Assembly: GCA_016177405.1 (NCBI GenBank)
Contig: JACOVG010000033.1
Coordinates: forward strand, 41,486-105,485
Source of the DNA: Candidatus Omnitrophota bacterium
GTDB taxonomy: Bacteria > Omnitrophota > Gorgyraeia > 1-14-0-20-64-10
Length of the DNA stretch: 64,000 nt
Reading direction: 5' to 3'
Part shown: positions 62,541 to 64,000 of the stretch, piece by piece
Layout of the letters: the number at the start of each line of letters is the position of its first letter
How positions within the stretch are numbered: the stretch's first letter is position 1
Made by a program: the position numbers and the translations under genes
The notes under the pieces: model-generated
The model's input: only the letters and a program-made list of their open reading frames with translations
The model's database searches: none
What the model was told of the DNA's origin: nothing

Positions 62541-64000
62541 ATGCGCAGCCCTTCGCAAAACAACAGCACAAGCGATCTTCCCAGACGCCTGATCGCTCTT
62601 ATCCTCGCGTTGGCCCTTGCCTTCTCGCAGGCCGCCCCGGCCCTCGCCCTGCGGGCGAGCCAGCCGGAGGATCCCGCCGCCCTCGCCAGGATCCAGTCCG
62701 GTCTGGAGGAGGGCGGCCAGAAGGAGCTGCGCGGCATCACCCTGCGGCTCATCGATCTGAATCGCGAGCTTAAAAAGACACTTGAAGGCCGCGACTGGGG
62801 GGAGATGGGCCGCATCCTGGATAGGCTGGAACGCACCCACATCCCAGAATGGATTAGGCAGGACAAAGGAATCAAGGCCCTCCTCCTGGAGGCCCAGTGG
62901 TACCGGATTGCCTGGCTTACGTATCTGCAGATAGAGAAGATTGATGAGCTGCCGCCAGGAGATCCCCTGCCGGCCGCGATTCAGCGCGACCTGCAGGAGG
63001 CCTTGACCCTCATACCTCTCTTGCTGAAAGAGGAGAATGCCAAGCTCCTGGCGGAGGAGGCCTTGGCCCATTTGAGGCAGATTCTCATCGCCATCGTCAG
63101 CACCTTCTCCGCCCGCAGGGCCTCGGAGAGTTCCAGGGAGCCCCTCCTTAACGATCGCCAGATGAGAAACCATCTCTTTGACCATCCGGAGTGGGATCTG
63201 CCCGAGAGATCCATTTGGGTGCGCTTGGCCAAGGCCAACCTGAACAAGCTGCAGCCCCTGTCCCAGGAGGACGAGGAGTTCCTTGGCGCCACCTACCGGT
63301 TCCTGGCTTTCCTGACGCTGGCGGTGTACAGCTTTCATCCCGAGACGTTTAAGTCCCTTGACCCCGAGGAGATCGAGCTTCTCCACATGATCTGGGATGT
63401 CATCGTCGCCTACCGCGGCGGGGAAGAGATTTTCTGGGAGGAGATCCCAGAGCCGGCCCGGCTGGCGAAAGCTCTGGAGAGGGCGCTTAAGGGGCACAAG
63501 GTTCCGGAAAGATTGAGTGAGCTACGAGAGAAGGCCAAAGAGGGAAACCTCCGCTTCCTTTCTCTGTTGGCATCCGAAGGGTTGGGGCTGCTGGCCGAGG
63601 TGGCCAACCAGATGGCACTGCCGCAGACCCGCTTTAACCTTCTGGTGGCCTCCACCCACTGGGAGAAACCGGCAGAGGGAGATTTCTCTCTTGCGCCTCG
63701 AATCACCGATTTGGCCCAGGCGTCCCCCTCCCACCGCTTTGGGCAGTACCAAGCAGAGTCTTCGTGGGTCGAGACAATGCACGGTTTCTTGAGACATTAC
63801 CGTCTTTTCCTTGAGGATGAATTCTTCCGAGAGATCATGGTCAAAAAGGGATTGCGCCTGCCGTCGGCCGACGAGCTTGAGAAGGATTTTAGGGATAGAA
63901 ATCGCCAGGCCCTCGCGGCGAAGATGGAGGAAATCCAGAGAGCAGTCCAGACTTTGGAGGGGCTCGGCAACTCAAGATTTGCAGCCCTTACCTCCCCCCT
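62541..64000 (+). CDS. Large secreted helical hypothetical protein, 3'-truncated (absent from the ORF track)
   Basis: ATG 62541. The beginning and end were translated by hand in the same frame without stops. Signal peptide RRLIALILALALAFSQAAPALA-LR, then SGLEE. Confidence 0.8.
   Translation, partial: MRSPSQNNSTSDLPRRLIALILALALAFSQAAPALALRASQPEDPAALARIQSGLEEGGQKELRGITLRLIDLNRELKKTLEGRDWGEMGRILDRLERTHIPEWIRQDKGIKALLLEAQWYRIAWLTYLQIEKIDELPPGDPLPAAIQRDLQEALTLIPLLLKEENAKLLAEEALAHLRQILIAIVSTFSARRASESSREPLLNDRQMRNHLFDHPEWDLPERSIWVRLAKANLNKLQPLSQEDEEFLGATYRFLAFLTLAVYSFHPETFKSLDPEEIELLHMIWDVIVAYRGGEEIFWEEIPEPARLAKALERALKGHKVPERLSELREKAKEGNLRFLSLLASEGLGLLAEVANQMALPQTRFNLLVASTHWEKPAEGDFSLAPRITDLAQASPSHRFGQYQAESSWVETMHGFLRHYRLFLEDEFFREIMVKKGLRLPSADELEKDFRDRNRQALAAKMEEIQRAVQTLEGLGNSRFAALTSP

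Noticed and set aside
58250-62875. 1541-aa minus-strand ORF
   Set aside because: Antisense shadow of gltB caused by GC-rich codon bias, with no domain motifs.

Overview
GC-rich, densely coding chromosomal window from a diderm bacterium. Gene content and style suggest Omnitrophota/PVC, which is an inference and not verified. In order it contains: (1) the end of an ArsM-like methyltransferase operon with a PiT permease, GH1 glycosidase, fused GT2/DUF2064 transferase and a hydrolase; (2) a putative outer-membrane barrel, ferredoxin and greA; (3) an RND pump whose TolC is fused in frame behind a MarR repressor, with no adaptor gene; (4) an MFS transporter and NYN protein; (5) an uncharacterised secreted locus encoding a Ser-variant transglutaminase-like protein with a Pro/Arg tail, a 5x discoidin + 2x vWA protein and a lipoprotein; (6) housekeeping genes (DoxX, thiolase, VanZ, EEP, aminotransferase, TPR lipoprotein, Csp, desaturase); (7) a type IV pilus/T2SS-like operon headed by an Xis/BldC-like HTH, a receiver and two kinases; (8) dinB, a TpsB/TpsA pair and a c-di-GMP-I riboswitch controlling a small exported protein; (9) an FNR-like gene in frame behind class II nrdJ, DUF1802, gltB, and the start of a large secreted protein that runs off the window. 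Non-coding signals: a shared TTG-N-CAT(A/G)(C/G)T promoter class ahead of five surface/secreted loci, REP-like palindromes inserted in frame (one supplies a whole signal peptide), a palindrome repeated before two large secreted genes, several apparently leaderless genes and a structured nrdJ leader. No rRNA, tRNA, CRISPR array or transposase was seen.
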